Below, piece after piece: positions 38,085 through 48,268 of a DNA stretch of 64,000 bases. Location of the stretch: NCBI GenBank assembly GCA_040388195.1, contig JAZKCF010000042.1:2885-66884 (forward strand). The letters run 5' to 3'. Source of the stretch: Pseudomonadota bacterium (GTDB taxonomy: Bacteria; Pseudomonadota; Gammaproteobacteria; Burkholderiales; DATLHW01). Every line of letters starts with the position of its first letter. Within the stretch, counting starts at the first letter, position 1. The position numbers and the translations under genes are program-made. Under the pieces are notes generated by a model, which was not told the DNA's origin, ran no database searches, and saw only the letters and a program-made list of their open reading frames with translations.

Positions 38085-38706
38085 CCGATTCATCCCGAAA
38101 GACCAAACTACCGACTTTAAGCGTTGGGAGATTGGTTCATTTGACAGCTCCGGCAAAAGGCCTGCGCCTGCGACCCCACCTCCTCCGCCAAGTGAAGAAA
38201 TCAAACTTCCAACCGCAGCGGAATTGGAAGCGATACAGCAACAAGCTTATCAGGAAGGATATCAGGCGGGGCTGAAGCAAGCGCAAATGGAAGGAGAGCA
38301 ACTACGCAAACTGTCCCTGTCATTTACTCAATCGATTAACGAAATCGAAAAATCGGTTGCGGAAGAACTATTAACGCTTTCCCTAAATATTGCCAAACAA
38401 GTATTGCGTGAAGCACTTGCCGTCAAACCGGAACTTGTTCTTCCTGTCGTTCGTGAAGCACTGCATAGCCTGTCAGAAGCACAACAAAATAACATTCTTA
38501 GACTTAATCCAGCCGACGTTGAAGTAGTTACTCGGCACCTCGGCGACGAACTCAATGTCGATGGCTGGAGAATTATTGCAGATGAGCAAATTGAAGCCGG
38601 CGGCTGCCGAGTCGAGTCGGCTAATGGCGAAGTAAATGCAACTCTCGCTACTCGCTGGCAACGGATTATCTCTACCTTAGGACGCGACGATGGCTGGCTC
38701 TCCTGA
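38077..38706 (+). CDS. fliH: flagellar assembly protein FliH
   Basis: Position between fliG and fliI, a central coiled-coil Glu/Gln/Ala-rich region, and C-terminal [22 protein letters not shown] chose the TTG at 38077 for its GAGG Shine-Dalgarno sequence 6 nt upstream; the ORF is open from 38047. Confidence 0.8.
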   Translation: MSSRFIPKDQTTDFKRWEIGSFDSSGKRPAPATPPPPPSEEIKLPTAAELEAIQQQAYQEGYQAGLKQAQMEGEQLRKLSLSFTQSINEIEKSVAEELLTLSLNIAKQVLREALAVKPELVLPVVREALHSLSEAQQNNILRLNPADVEVVTRHLGDELNVDGWRIIADEQIEAGGCRVESANGEVNATLATRWQRIISTLGRDDGWLS

Positions 38707-40117
38707 TTCCAATGCCACGGATTCGTGGCGCAGTTACCTTACTGGTTGCGCTGAATTCGTCGAAGCAGCTCAGCCGCTTCAAATACAAGGCCGGCTCACC
38801 CGGGTTGCGGGATTAGTTATGGAAGCCGTCGGCCTACGATTACCAGTTGGCAGCACCTGCGTCATTTCGCAACAAGGCCTGGCCGCAGCATACGCAGAAG
38901 TAGTTGGCTTTTCTGGAGATCGCGTTTTCCTTATGCCGGCAAGCGACATTTATGGCCTTACGCCAGGCGCACGAGTAATGCCTTTAGAACCCGCCCAAAC
39001 ACCGCCTACCCACGGCAAACCATCTCATCCTTGGCGACGAGCAGAAGATCGCACTAAGCATCTTCCTGTTGGAGAAAGCCTGCTAGGACGAGTGCTTGAC
39101 GGCTCTGGACGCCCACTCGATAAACTCGGACCACTACGCTTTGAAGCCCAAGCGCCTCTTACCAGTCGCCCGATCAATCCGATTGACCGTGACCCTATTA
39201 GTAAACCGTTAGATGTCGGTGTGCGAGCCATTAACGCACTACTAACAGTTGGGCGTGGGCAACGAATGGGATTATTTGCCGGTAGCGGCGTTGGCAAAAG
39301 CGTGCTGCTTGGCATGATGGCGCGTTATACGACCGCTGAGGTAATTGTGGTGGGACTCATCGGTGAACGTGGCCGCGAAGTGAAAGAATTCATCGAGCAT
39401 ATTCTTGGAGTGGAAGGATTGGCCCGCGCCGTTGTCGTCGCCGCGCCGGCGGATACGCCACCGCTTATCCGCCTGCAAGGCGCTGCATATGCAACCACGA
39501 TCGCTGAATATTTCCGCAACCAGGGCAAACATGTGCTGTTGATCATGGATTCATTGACCCGCTATGCCATGGCACAGCGAGAAATTGCACTGGCCATTAA
39601 TGAGCCGCCTGCAACTAAAGGTTATCCACCTTCGGTATTCGCAAAATTGCCACAGCTTGTCGAAAGAGCGGGTAATGGCGTCGCTGGCGGTGGTTCCATT
39701 ACTGCTTTTTATACCGTACTCACCGAAGGTGACGATCAGCAAGACCCGATTGCGGATTCCGCGCGCGCGATATTGGATGGCCACATCGTGTTATCACGCG
39801 GCCTCGCCGACGAAGGACATTATCCGGCCATCGATATCGAGCAATCGATTAGCCGGGCACTACAGTCGCTGGTTGATGCAAAAAGCTTTGAATCTATCAA
39901 ACGCTTCAAACAACTTTATTCCCGGTACCAACGTAATCGCGATTTAATCAATGTTGGCGCTTATGTCGCCGGTAGCGATCCATTGCTTGACCAAGCGGTT
40001 GGACTCCATCAACGAATGGAAGGATTTCTTCAGCAAAAAATGAACGAAAGCATCGATTTCAATCGCAGTGTTTTAGATCTGAACATGCTTTTGCCGCAAG
40101 TCAACGGCGGTCATTAA
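38690..40117 (+). CDS. fliI: flagellum-specific ATPase FliI
   Basis: Walker [14 protein letters not shown], Walker [13 protein letters not shown] and F1-beta-like architecture. Confidence 0.95.
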   Translation: MAGSPDSNATDSWRSYLTGCAEFVEAAQPLQIQGRLTRVAGLVMEAVGLRLPVGSTCVISQQGLAAAYAEVVGFSGDRVFLMPASDIYGLTPGARVMPLEPAQTPPTHGKPSHPWRRAEDRTKHLPVGESLLGRVLDGSGRPLDKLGPLRFEAQAPLTSRPINPIDRDPISKPLDVGVRAINALLTVGRGQRMGLFAGSGVGKSVLLGMMARYTTAEVIVVGLIGERGREVKEFIEHILGVEGLARAVVVAAPADTPPLIRLQGAAYATTIAEYFRNQGKHVLLIMDSLTRYAMAQREIALAINEPPATKGYPPSVFAKLPQLVERAGNGVAGGGSITAFYTVLTEGDDQQDPIADSARAILDGHIVLSRGLADEGHYPAIDIEQSISRALQSLVDAKSFESIKRFKQLYSRYQRNRDLINVGAYVAGSDPLLDQAVGLHQRMEGFLQQKMNESIDFNRSVLDLNMLLPQVNGGH

Positions 40118-40146
40118 TGATCGACACTCACTAGGGGATATCGTAA

Positions 40147-40596
40147 ATGCCCACCGCCGCCCAGCTGAAATTTCTCATCGAACGCGCCCAACGTCAAAGT
40201 GACACCAACGTTCAACAGCTCGCCAAGACAAGGACCGCCCTCTCAGGTGCTGAAGCGCAACTTGAACTACTGCTTCGCTATCGTAAAGACTACCAGACAC
40301 AATTGGGCGTAACGGTAAGCAACGGAACGGACAGTGAGCGACTGCGCAATTTTCAGCGCTTCATTGGCAATATTACGCAAGCAATCGATCAACAAGGCCG
40401 GGAAATAGAAACGCGTAAAGCCGCAGCGCAACGGGCGGACTTAGTATGGCGCGAAAGCCAACGAGTTTTGCAGTCCTATCAGATGCTCGAGAAAAGAGCC
40501 GCATCGCATGTTCGCCTTCGGGAACAAATAAAAGAACAAAAACAAAATGATGAATTCGCCACCAAAAATTTTATACGCCTTACTAGAGAGAGTTGA
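40147..40596 (+). CDS. fliJ: flagellar export chaperone/stalk protein FliJ
   Basis: 149-aa coiled-coil protein directly after fliI, with the YRKDYQ motif region. Confidence 0.8.
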   Translation: MPTAAQLKFLIERAQRQSDTNVQQLAKTRTALSGAEAQLELLLRYRKDYQTQLGVTVSNGTDSERLRNFQRFIGNITQAIDQQGREIETRKAAAQRADLVWRESQRVLQSYQMLEKRAASHVRLREQIKEQKQNDEFATKNFIRLTRES

Positions 40597-40739
40597 TGTA
40601 TCAAGCACTCATTCCATTTCACATTAGAAACGATACTTTGTCAGTTATCGCTGGCCGTACTACTTGCACTGTCTGCGCACTGCCTTCGCGCCTCGCTTCT
40701 GATGTGAATGGAATCAATAAATAGATATGGAGAATTACA

Positions 40740-41834
40740 ATGCCTGACTTGACCATTTCCGCACTCCCCGCCCCTATATCCGCCTCTGGACAATCTAACG
40801 CTGCCGCAAATACAGCGGGTAACTCCAGCGACAACGCGAGTGACTTTCAAGCAATACTATCAGGCAAAATGGCTCCAGCAGAAAAACCGGTTGGGCCACA
40901 AACAGGCGCTAAATCCTCCAACTCTACCGGTGCCTCAACAACAACCGCCAAAGACGCGGAGAGCAAACCAACAGATGTTTCCACGCAAAGTACGGATAAC
41001 AATGCCGCCGCCGTCGCTGCGGCCGCTGCAGCCCTGGTGCCGCCAATAGCGATCCTCCCAATCAATGTCGTTACCCCTCCGCCTGTAGCCGTCACACCAG
41101 CATCCGATACCCTTTCGGCACAAGGAAATATAAATGCAGTCGCTACCACCAAAGTGGATGGAGCAGCGACCAAATCAGTAGCAGTCGACAAACTATCAAC
41201 GGAAATTCAAACACAACTCCAGGCAAACGGACAGATTCGAACCAAAGCCGAAGAAACCGCGATAGAAACAGCCTTTGCCGCAGCTTTGGACTCGAAGCAA
41301 TCCCAAATTCAGAATGCGCAAAACGAAACAATGCGTCTTGTAACGATGACTACGCCTGAACCCCTTACCTCACCCAGCGCGCCCGTCCAAACAGCTACGC
41401 CCACATTCAGCATCCGCAATACAGTAGGTAGCTCGGCCTGGACAAATGAGCTAGGTAACAGAATGACTTATATGGTCGGGGAAAAAATGCAATCCGCGGA
41501 AATACATTTGAATCCCGAGAATCTCGGGCCAGTCGATGTGCACATTAAAATCGATGCAGATAAACAAACCAGCATCACCTTCACAGCACTTAATCCCGAT
41601 ACTCGCAACGCACTAGAAAACGCGATGCCTCAATTGCGCAACATGCTTACCGAAAGTGGCATTAGCGTCTCCAATTTTTCCGTCAGTGCCGATGCCTTTG
41701 CCGGTGCCTCTCAACAGGGCATGGGCGGACAACGTCAACAGGGCGGCAATACATCAACAGGCGAAAACGTCGAGCCAGTGACCACCGTAACGCGAACTCT
41801 CGGCCCGAATGGGCTAGTCGATACATTCGCATAA
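40740..41834 (+). CDS. fliK: flagellar hook-length control protein FliK
   Basis: Low-complexity Ala/Pro/Thr-rich N-terminal ruler plus the conserved Flg_hook C-terminal domain (SAEIHLNPENLGPVDVHIKIDADKQTSITF). Confidence 0.85.
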   Translation: MPDLTISALPAPISASGQSNAAANTAGNSSDNASDFQAILSGKMAPAEKPVGPQTGAKSSNSTGASTTTAKDAESKPTDVSTQSTDNNAAAVAAAAAALVPPIAILPINVVTPPPVAVTPASDTLSAQGNINAVATTKVDGAATKSVAVDKLSTEIQTQLQANGQIRTKAEETAIETAFAAALDSKQSQIQNAQNETMRLVTMTTPEPLTSPSAPVQTATPTFSIRNTVGSSAWTNELGNRMTYMVGEKMQSAEIHLNPENLGPVDVHIKIDADKQTSITFTALNPDTRNALENAMPQLRNMLTESGISVSNFSVSADAFAGASQQGMGGQRQQGGNTSTGENVEPVTTVTRTLGPNGLVDTFA

Positions 41835-41953
41835 CGTTTGGCGATCACACAAGGTAGGTGGCTTTTTCTGGGCTTTTTGCAGCTTCGATCCAAGCTCGCA
41901 GTAAGCATAATCGTGTAACAAGTAAGCGTGCCGCCAGTTACCGGTGGCCATGA

Positions 41954-42508
41954 ATGAGCATAGGTATTTATATGGCAACTAAACCCTCACTCAAACCGGT
42001 GGAATCAGCTCCAGCTGCAACTGAAGCTGCTCCATCAAAGAAAAAAGGCAAAATGATGCTGATTGCCGGCGTTCTGGCGGTAGTACTTGGCGGCGGTGGC
42101 GGTGGCGCCTGGTATTTTCTCCATGGCAACAAGGAGGCACCGGCAGCTGGCGCAGAGGGCGCAGTGGAAGGAGCTGAAAAAGAGAAAGACAAAAAACCTT
42201 CCGTATATCTAGCGCTGGAATCATTCACCGTTAACATGCAAGGCGAAGGAGATCATTATTTGCAAATCGGTATTGTTCTCCAATTGGCCGACAATGCTAT
42301 TGCTGAAGAAATAAAGTTGCAGATGCCGCCGCTTCGTAATCGCCTTTTGTTACTACTTTCCTCCAAAACGCCTCAGCAATTAGCAAAGCCGGAAGACAAA
42401 CAAAAATTCGCTGCGGAGATTGTAGAAGAAGCACGACAAATACTTCCAGGCAAACCGGGTGATCGCGGTATCCAAAACATTCTGTTCTCCTCTTTCATTA
42501 TCCAATAG
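41954..42508 (+). CDS. fliL: flagellar basal body-associated protein FliL
   Basis: Single transmembrane segment, then YLALESFTVNMQGEGDHYLQIGIVL and FSSFIIQ, typical of FliL. Confidence 0.85.
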   Translation: MSIGIYMATKPSLKPVESAPAATEAAPSKKKGKMMLIAGVLAVVLGGGGGGAWYFLHGNKEAPAAGAEGAVEGAEKEKDKKPSVYLALESFTVNMQGEGDHYLQIGIVLQLADNAIAEEIKLQMPPLRNRLLLLLSSKTPQQLAKPEDKQKFAAEIVEEARQILPGKPGDRGIQNILFSSFIIQ

Positions 42509-42510
42509 CC

Positions 42511-43503
42511 ATGTCTAACGACGTCCTATCGCAAGAAGAAGTCGATGCCCTGCTCAAGGGCGTAAACGGCGAGACGGACGCTCGAGAAGAAGAAATCGTC
42601 GACGGCGACGTTCGGCCATACAACCTTGCGACGCAAGAGCGCATTGTTCGCGGGCGCATGCCCACACTGGAAATCATCAACGAACGTTTTGCGCGTCTGT
42701 TCCGCATCGGTCTGTTTAATTTTATGCGCCGCAGCCCTGAAATTTCAGTGGGGCCGGTGAGAGTTCTGAAGTACAGTGAATTCATTCGCAATCTAGTAGT
42801 GCCGACTAATCTAAACATCGTGCAAATTAAGCCGCTACGCGGCAGCGCCTTGTTTATTTTCGACCCCAATCTGGTGTTTCTGATAATCGACAATCTATTC
42901 GGTGGCGATGGGCGCTTTCATACTCGAGTTGAGGGCCGAGATTTCACACTGACAGAGCAGCGAATTATTCAACGTCTGTTAGAAGTCACTTTTCAAGATT
43001 ACGAAAAATCTTGGCATACCGTTTATCCGGTTAAGTTCGAATTTGTACGCTCGGAGATGCATACCCAATTTGCCAATATCGCCAATCCTAGCGAAGTGGT
43101 AGTCGCTTTTTCCTTCAACATCGAATTAGGTAGTAGCGGCGGTCATTTCCATGTTTGCATTCCCTACTCCACCATCGAGCCGATTCGCGACATTCTTTAC
43201 AGCAGCATGCAAGGCGACCAAATGGAGCCCGACAAGCGCTGGGTACGCATGCTGTCGCACCAAGTGCAAGCGGCGGAAGTAGAACTGGTGGCGAACCTGT
43301 CGCAAGTCGCTGTGACCTGTCAGCAAATTATTAATATGAAAGTGGGCGATGTAGTAATGCTCGATCTTGATCCAAGCATCACCGCGGCTGTGGATGGTGT
43401 ACCGGTATTGAAGTGCCGATATGGTGTTTCAAACGGTCGTTATGCCGTCAAAGTCGAACAGATCGTTACACCGTCAGTGCAAGATAAGTGGGCAGGAGAA
43501 TAA
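42511..43503 (+). CDS. fliM: flagellar motor switch protein FliM
   Basis: N-terminal LSQEEVDALL CheY-P-binding-type motif, and a middle domain with the GGxG-like FGGDG motif. Confidence 0.95.
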   Translation: MSNDVLSQEEVDALLKGVNGETDAREEEIVDGDVRPYNLATQERIVRGRMPTLEIINERFARLFRIGLFNFMRRSPEISVGPVRVLKYSEFIRNLVVPTNLNIVQIKPLRGSALFIFDPNLVFLIIDNLFGGDGRFHTRVEGRDFTLTEQRIIQRLLEVTFQDYEKSWHTVYPVKFEFVRSEMHTQFANIANPSEVVVAFSFNIELGSSGGHFHVCIPYSTIEPIRDILYSSMQGDQMEPDKRWVRMLSHQVQAAEVELVANLSQVAVTCQQIINMKVGDVVMLDLDPSITAAVDGVPVLKCRYGVSNGRYAVKVEQIVTPSVQDKWAGE

Positions 43504-43509
43504 TGAGCA

Positions 43510-43640
43510 CCTCTATAAATCCGTATTTCGTTGCAATACGGCGTTGCTCACAAAAAAATCCTCCTTATATATTGTCTATATGCGGCGTCGGCCTTTTTTG
43601 TTCGCGCCTTGTCTCGCTTAGAAATACGAATTTATAGAGG
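43510..43640. repeat. 131-bp element with 20-bp terminal inverted repeats filling the fliM-fliN gap
   Basis: cctctataaatccgtatttc (43510-43529) faces gaaatacgaatttatagagg (43621-43640), with 19 of 20 positions complementary. The right arm contains the fliN Shine-Dalgarno sequence (AGAGG). Confidence 0.8.
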
Positions 43641-43648
43641 CCCTCAAT

Positions 43649-44044
43649 ATGGCAGACAATCAAGACTCCGTTGAAGACGACTGGGCCAGCGCCCTCTCCG
43701 AGCAAGCTGGCTCGGTACAACCCGCCGGCGACAAACTATTTCAATCGCTATCGGATGTTCCGCAGTCCTCCTCAGGAGCGCCGAACGATATCGACATGGT
43801 GCTCGACATCCCGGTTCTGCTTACCGTCGAACTCGGTCGCACCAAAATCGCAATCAAAAATATCCTGCAACTTGCGCAAGGTTCTGTCGTCGAGCTTGAT
43901 GGCCTCGCAGGCGAACCCATGGATGTATTGGTGAATGGATGTTTGATAGCGCAAGGCGAGGTTGTTGTGGTCAATGACAAATTCGGTATTCGTCTTACCG
44001 ACATCATCACACCGTCAGAACGTATTCGGAAACTCAATCGATGA
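43649..44044 (+). CDS. fliN: flagellar motor switch protein FliN
   Basis: C-terminal SpoA domain: IPVLLTVELGRTKIAIKNILQLAQGSVVELDGLAGEPMDVLVNG. Confidence 0.93.
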   Translation: MADNQDSVEDDWASALSEQAGSVQPAGDKLFQSLSDVPQSSSGAPNDIDMVLDIPVLLTVELGRTKIAIKNILQLAQGSVVELDGLAGEPMDVLVNGCLIAQGEVVVVNDKFGIRLTDIITPSERIRKLNR

Positions 44045-44457
44045 AACTCAAAGGCTACATCCTAGGCATCATACTTTCTCTGAGAGCATGGTCCGCGGTA
44101 GCAGCCGAACCAGCCGCGCTTCCTTATGCGCCAGTAAGTTTTTTACAAGTCGTACTTGGCCTTTGTTTGGTGCTAGGCCTTATTCTGGCCAGCGGCTGGG
44201 TGCTACGCAAAATTAATCCTGTTCATGCTGAAAATAAGCTCATCCGCGTCGTTACTGCAACATCAGTGGGGCAGCGAGAACGTGTCGTTGTTGTAGAGAT
44301 CAATGACAACTGGCTGGTATTAGGTGTTGCACCCGGCCAAGTCAATTTGTTACAAAGTCTACCCAAAGCGGCTCAACCGGTGACGGAAGAGATTCGTACT
44401 TCTACTAGCTTTATGGATAAAGTAAAAGAAGCCGCCAAACGCTATGGAAAATCGTAA
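44041..44457 (+). CDS. fliO: flagellar biosynthesis protein FliO
   Basis: Single transmembrane segment ([21 protein letters not shown]). The start overlaps the fliN stop (ATGA), and the gene lies directly upstream of fliP. Confidence 0.75.
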   Translation: MKLKGYILGIILSLRAWSAVAAEPAALPYAPVSFLQVVLGLCLVLGLILASGWVLRKINPVHAENKLIRVVTATSVGQRERVVVVEINDNWLVLGVAPGQVNLLQSLPKAAQPVTEEIRTSTSFMDKVKEAAKRYGKS

Positions 44458-45238
44458 TTCAAGAACCTGTTCCTGGTATGCACGCGCAGCTAGCGTGCTC
44501 TCACGCATTTCCCTGTTTGTCATTGGTGTACTGAGCGCCTTACCTGCGCTAGCAGATACGCTTAACCTCCCCGCTATAGTCTCCACACCGACACCCGGAG
44601 GCGGGCAAACTTACACGCTCTCGATTCAGTTACTTCTTCTCCTGTCAGCACTGTCTTTTCTGCCAGGATTGTTGCTATTGATGACCGGCTTTACCCGCAT
44701 CATCATTGTTCTCTCTTTGCTCCGGCAAGCAATTGGTTTGCAAAATTCTCCGCCAAACCAAGTCATGGTAGGACTGGCGCTGTTTCTCACCATGTTCATC
44801 ATGGCACCGGTGTTCGATAAAATTTATGACGAAGCTTATCTACCACTCTCGCAGCAGAAAATTACTCAAGACGAAGCGCTAAAGCGTGCCGAAGCACCGA
44901 TCAAAGCATTCATGCTTAAACAAACGCGCGAGCCGGATCTTGCGCTTTTTATGAAGCTTGGTAACCAACCCCCTTTACAAAGCGCGGATCAAGTTCCGAT
45001 TAAAATACTGGTACCAGCGTTCGTCACGAGTGAATTGAAGACTGCTTTCCAGATCGGATTCATTATCTTCATACCCTTCATCATTATCGACATGGTGGTT
45101 TCCAGCGTACTCATGTCAATGGGCATGATGATGTTATCTCCAGTGCTAATCTCATTACCATTCAAATTAATGTTGTTCGTTCTGGTCGATGGCTGGACGC
45201 TATTGATTTCGTCTCTAGTGCAAAGCTTTTCGCTATGA
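44444..45238 (+). CDS. fliP: flagellar export apparatus protein FliP
   Basis: Signal-like N-terminus, then the conserved blocks [29 protein letters not shown] and [10 protein letters not shown]. Confidence 0.95.
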   Translation: MENRNSRTCSWYARAASVLSRISLFVIGVLSALPALADTLNLPAIVSTPTPGGGQTYTLSIQLLLLLSALSFLPGLLLLMTGFTRIIIVLSLLRQAIGLQNSPPNQVMVGLALFLTMFIMAPVFDKIYDEAYLPLSQQKITQDEALKRAEAPIKAFMLKQTREPDLALFMKLGNQPPLQSADQVPIKILVPAFVTSELKTAFQIGFIIFIPFIIIDMVVSSVLMSMGMMMLSPVLISLPFKLMLFVLVDGWTLLISSLVQSFSL

Positions 45239-45504
45239 ATTCCCAAAGCGTAATCACAATCGGCCGGCAAGCACTTGAACTTACCCTACTCGTTTCCGCC
45301 CCATTGCTGCTCACCGCACTGATAGTTGGCCTGCTTATCAGTATTTTTCAAGCGGCGACGCAGATCAATGAAGCGACGTTATCTTTTATTCCAAAACTAG
45401 TTTCCATTTTCATCGTCATGGTCGTTGCCGGACCATGGATGTTACAAGTTCTCACGGATTATATGCAGCGCCTATTCGGCGCTATTCCTACTTTAATCGG
45501 TTAG
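45235..45504 (+). CDS. fliQ: flagellar export apparatus protein FliQ
   Basis: 89 aa with two transmembrane segments; the [16 protein letters not shown] block fits FliQ. Confidence 0.93.
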   Translation: MNSQSVITIGRQALELTLLVSAPLLLTALIVGLLISIFQAATQINEATLSFIPKLVSIFIVMVVAGPWMLQVLTDYMQRLFGAIPTLIG

Positions 45505-45505
45505 C

Positions 45506-46270
45506 ATGCTCCAGTTCACGGATACTCAACTCCTCGGCTGGATTACTGCTTGGTTCTGGCCATTCTGCCGCATCGCCGCGCTGTTTGCCGCCGCCCCTAT
45601 CTTTCAGGACAGGGGTATTCCCCAACCGGCAAAAATCGGTCTTGCGGCATTGATAGCCGCCCTCGTTTCCCCCCAGATCAATGTATCGCCAACACTAGTG
45701 ATATTTTCCTGGGATGGCATGCTTTTACTCTCTCAACAATTGATCATTGGCACAGCAATCGGTTTTACTATGCGTCTCGCATTTGCGGCAACCGAGCTAG
45801 CTGGAAATTTAGTGGGAACGCAAATGGGCTTAGGTTTCGCCATGTTCTTCGATCCGGAACATAACGCCCAAACCCCCATTGTCGGTAGTTTGCTGGGTTA
45901 TCTCGCATTACTGATTTTTCTTTCCATGAACGGCCATTTAATAATGATCGCCGCTGTCACCGAAAGTTTTCACACCCTTCCCATCTCCGTCGATACGAAA
46001 CTCGCTCTCGGCTGGTATACACTAGCCCTTCAAGGAGGAACGATACTAAGCAGCGGATTTCATCTTGCCTTGCCGGTACTATCGACTCTACTTTTAACTA
46101 ACGTTGCGCTCGGCGTATTGACCCGCGCTGCGCCACAACTTAATGTGTTCTCAATAGGATTTCCACTGACGCTCTTAATCGGGATAGGCGCCCTCACCCT
46201 GGCCATTCCGTATATGGGGCCACTGATGGAACGATATTTGATGGACTCGATACAACATTTAGGACATTAA
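45506..46270 (+). CDS. fliR: flagellar export apparatus protein FliR
   Basis: 254-aa polytopic protein; the GFPLTLLIG block and the position after fliQ fit FliR. Confidence 0.92.
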   Translation: MLQFTDTQLLGWITAWFWPFCRIAALFAAAPIFQDRGIPQPAKIGLAALIAALVSPQINVSPTLVIFSWDGMLLLSQQLIIGTAIGFTMRLAFAATELAGNLVGTQMGLGFAMFFDPEHNAQTPIVGSLLGYLALLIFLSMNGHLIMIAAVTESFHTLPISVDTKLALGWYTLALQGGTILSSGFHLALPVLSTLLLTNVALGVLTRAAPQLNVFSIGFPLTLLIGIGALTLAIPYMGPLMERYLMDSIQHLGH

Positions 46271-46339
46271 AGCGTTTTTATTTCGCAACAAATAGGCATC
46301 GTTCTTACGCACAATTAATTTATAAGGCAAAGAGCATTT

Positions 46340-48193
46340 ATGGGCGAAGCAATGCGGCCTTCTGTAACTGGAAAAAACCAAAAATTAACACTTACACAAG
46401 TTGTTGCCTGGTTGGTTGCCGATGAAATACTGCTACCGGAAAAAGCGGCAGAAATTCGGCCGACCGCACCGCAAGCAGATCCCGCCGAAAATCATCCTCT
46501 AACCATCATCGCCGCTCGCGGTTTGTTCAATGCAAAGCCGCCCCATAAAGCGTTAACGCTAGAAGCACTAACGACCTGGCTTGCCAATCGTGTACAGATG
46601 CCATATCACCGCATCGATCCTCTAAAGATAGATGTGACAGCGGTTACCGCCGTGATGTCTTACAACTTCGCAAAACATCACTCGATTTTGTGTATTGGGG
46701 CGCCGCTGGAAAAAGTCATCATTGCCACTGCCGAACCGTATCTTAACGGCTGGGAGGAAAATCTTGCACCGCTGCTAAAGCGACCAATCGAGCGCGTGAT
46801 CGCTAATCCGCTAGATATCAGCCGTTATCTTGTAGAGTTTTACGCACTGTCACGTTCGGTAAATCAGGCCAACGGGCGAGCGCAGACTGGTCATGGAAAT
46901 GAGATTACTAACCTCGAACAAATGGTGGAATTGGGCCGGCGAGGTAAGCTTGATGCCAATGACCAGCACATTGTTAATATCGTGGATTGGTTGTTGCAAT
47001 ACGCTTTCGATCAACGGGCAAGTGATATTCATCTCGAGCCGCGGCGTGATGAAGGCAGCGTACGTTTTCGTATCGATGGTGTTTTACATTTGGTTTATCA
47101 AATGCCGATGCCGGTATTGGCTGCGGTAACAAGCCGCGTCAAGATTCTCGGACGTATGGATCTGGCGGAAAAACGCCGCCCACTTGATGGCCGGCTCAAG
47201 ACTAAAACACCGGATGGAAAAGAAATTGAATTGCGCTTATCCACCATGCCGACTGCCTTCGGCGAAAAATTGGTAATGCGCGTTTTCGATCCGGATGTAC
47301 TGGTTCGCAATTTTCGCGATCTCGGCTTTAATAACGAAGAACTCGCGGCATGGCACGAAATGATCAAGCAGCCTACGGGCATTGTTCTTGTGACAGGTCC
47401 AACCGGCTCTGGAAAAACAACCACGCTTTATTCCACGCTCAAATTATTGGCTACTCCCGGCGTTAACGTATGTACGATCGAAGACCCGATAGAAATGGTG
47501 GAGCCGGCATTTAATCAGACACAGATGCAACACAACATCGGTCTCGATTTCGCATCTGGCGTACGCGCCTTATTACGGCAGGACCCTGACATCATCATGG
47601 TCGGCGAAATTCGCGATCTCGAAACTGCTGAAATGGCCGTGCAAGCGGCGCTTACCGGTCACCTGGTCTTATCAACACTGCATACCAACGATGCTCCCAG
47701 CGCTATCACGCGCCTGCTTGACCTCGGTGTGCCGCCATACCTCATGAATGCGACCTTGCTCGGAGTACTCGCGCAGCGACTGATTCGCACACTCTGCCCT
47801 CATTGCAAGCAACCTGGTCCTACTAATATGCAGGCCTGGCAACAAATCACGCTTCCTTGGCAGTCACCGCCACCGGCAAAGACTTACCATCCTCAAGGGT
47901 GTCTGGAATGCCGTAATACCGGATACATGGGGCGAATTGGCATTTATGAACTTCTGACATACACACAAGGTTTGAAAGAGCTTGTACATGCCAATGCCGA
48001 GTTGCATCCCTTAAGAGCAAAAGCCCGCAAAGAAGGAATGCGTTCGTTACGATTGAGTGGAGCGGAGAAAGTACACAACGGAATAACAACAATCGAAGAG
48101 GTATTGAAAGTTGCGCCTGCCGATGACGTGAAGAAAAACGCATCACGCGCCGAACAAGTTTTAAATTCTGCAAATACGATCAAAAATGAATGA
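46340..48193 (+). CDS. GspE/PulE/PilB-family secretion ATPase (orphan; no partner genes in the window)
   Basis: T2SSE_N-like N-domain, Walker A VTGPTGSGKTTTLYS, Asp/His boxes (IMVGEIRD, GHLVLSTLHTND) and a tetracysteine CPHC...CLECRNTGYMGRIGIYE. Confidence 0.9.
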   Translation: MGEAMRPSVTGKNQKLTLTQVVAWLVADEILLPEKAAEIRPTAPQADPAENHPLTIIAARGLFNAKPPHKALTLEALTTWLANRVQMPYHRIDPLKIDVTAVTAVMSYNFAKHHSILCIGAPLEKVIIATAEPYLNGWEENLAPLLKRPIERVIANPLDISRYLVEFYALSRSVNQANGRAQTGHGNEITNLEQMVELGRRGKLDANDQHIVNIVDWLLQYAFDQRASDIHLEPRRDEGSVRFRIDGVLHLVYQMPMPVLAAVTSRVKILGRMDLAEKRRPLDGRLKTKTPDGKEIELRLSTMPTAFGEKLVMRVFDPDVLVRNFRDLGFNNEELAAWHEMIKQPTGIVLVTGPTGSGKTTTLYSTLKLLATPGVNVCTIEDPIEMVEPAFNQTQMQHNIGLDFASGVRALLRQDPDIIMVGEIRDLETAEMAVQAALTGHLVLSTLHTNDAPSAITRLLDLGVPPYLMNATLLGVLAQRLIRTLCPHCKQPGPTNMQAWQQITLPWQSPPPAKTYHPQGCLECRNTGYMGRIGIYELLTYTQGLKELVHANAELHPLRAKARKEGMRSLRLSGAEKVHNGITTIEEVLKVAPADDVKKNASRAEQVLNSANTIKNE

Positions 48194-48268
48194 CACTCGA
48201 AGAGAAAGCGCACCGCTAATTTACTTGCTTAGCTAATGACCTCTGCTTGCTACAATTTTTTCGACTTC

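Noticed and set aside
41858-41885. Possible sigma-54 promoter (tggctttttctgggct / ctgggctttttgca) upstream of fliL
   Set aside because: A GG-N10-GC spacing is met only by a weak GGGC -12 element, and the TTGCA occurs at the wrong distance. I found no convincing sigma-54 sites before fliE, fliF or flgB either.
46340-46640. MshEN-type c-di-GMP-binding motif in the N-terminus of the GspE-like ATPase
   Set aside because: I could not align the RLGxx(L/V/I)(L/V/I)xxG(L/V/I)(L/V/I)xxxxLxxxLxxQ consensus, as I recall it, to residues 1-100 (LTQVVAWLVADEILLPEKAAEI fits poorly). Binding therefore remains untested rather than predicted.
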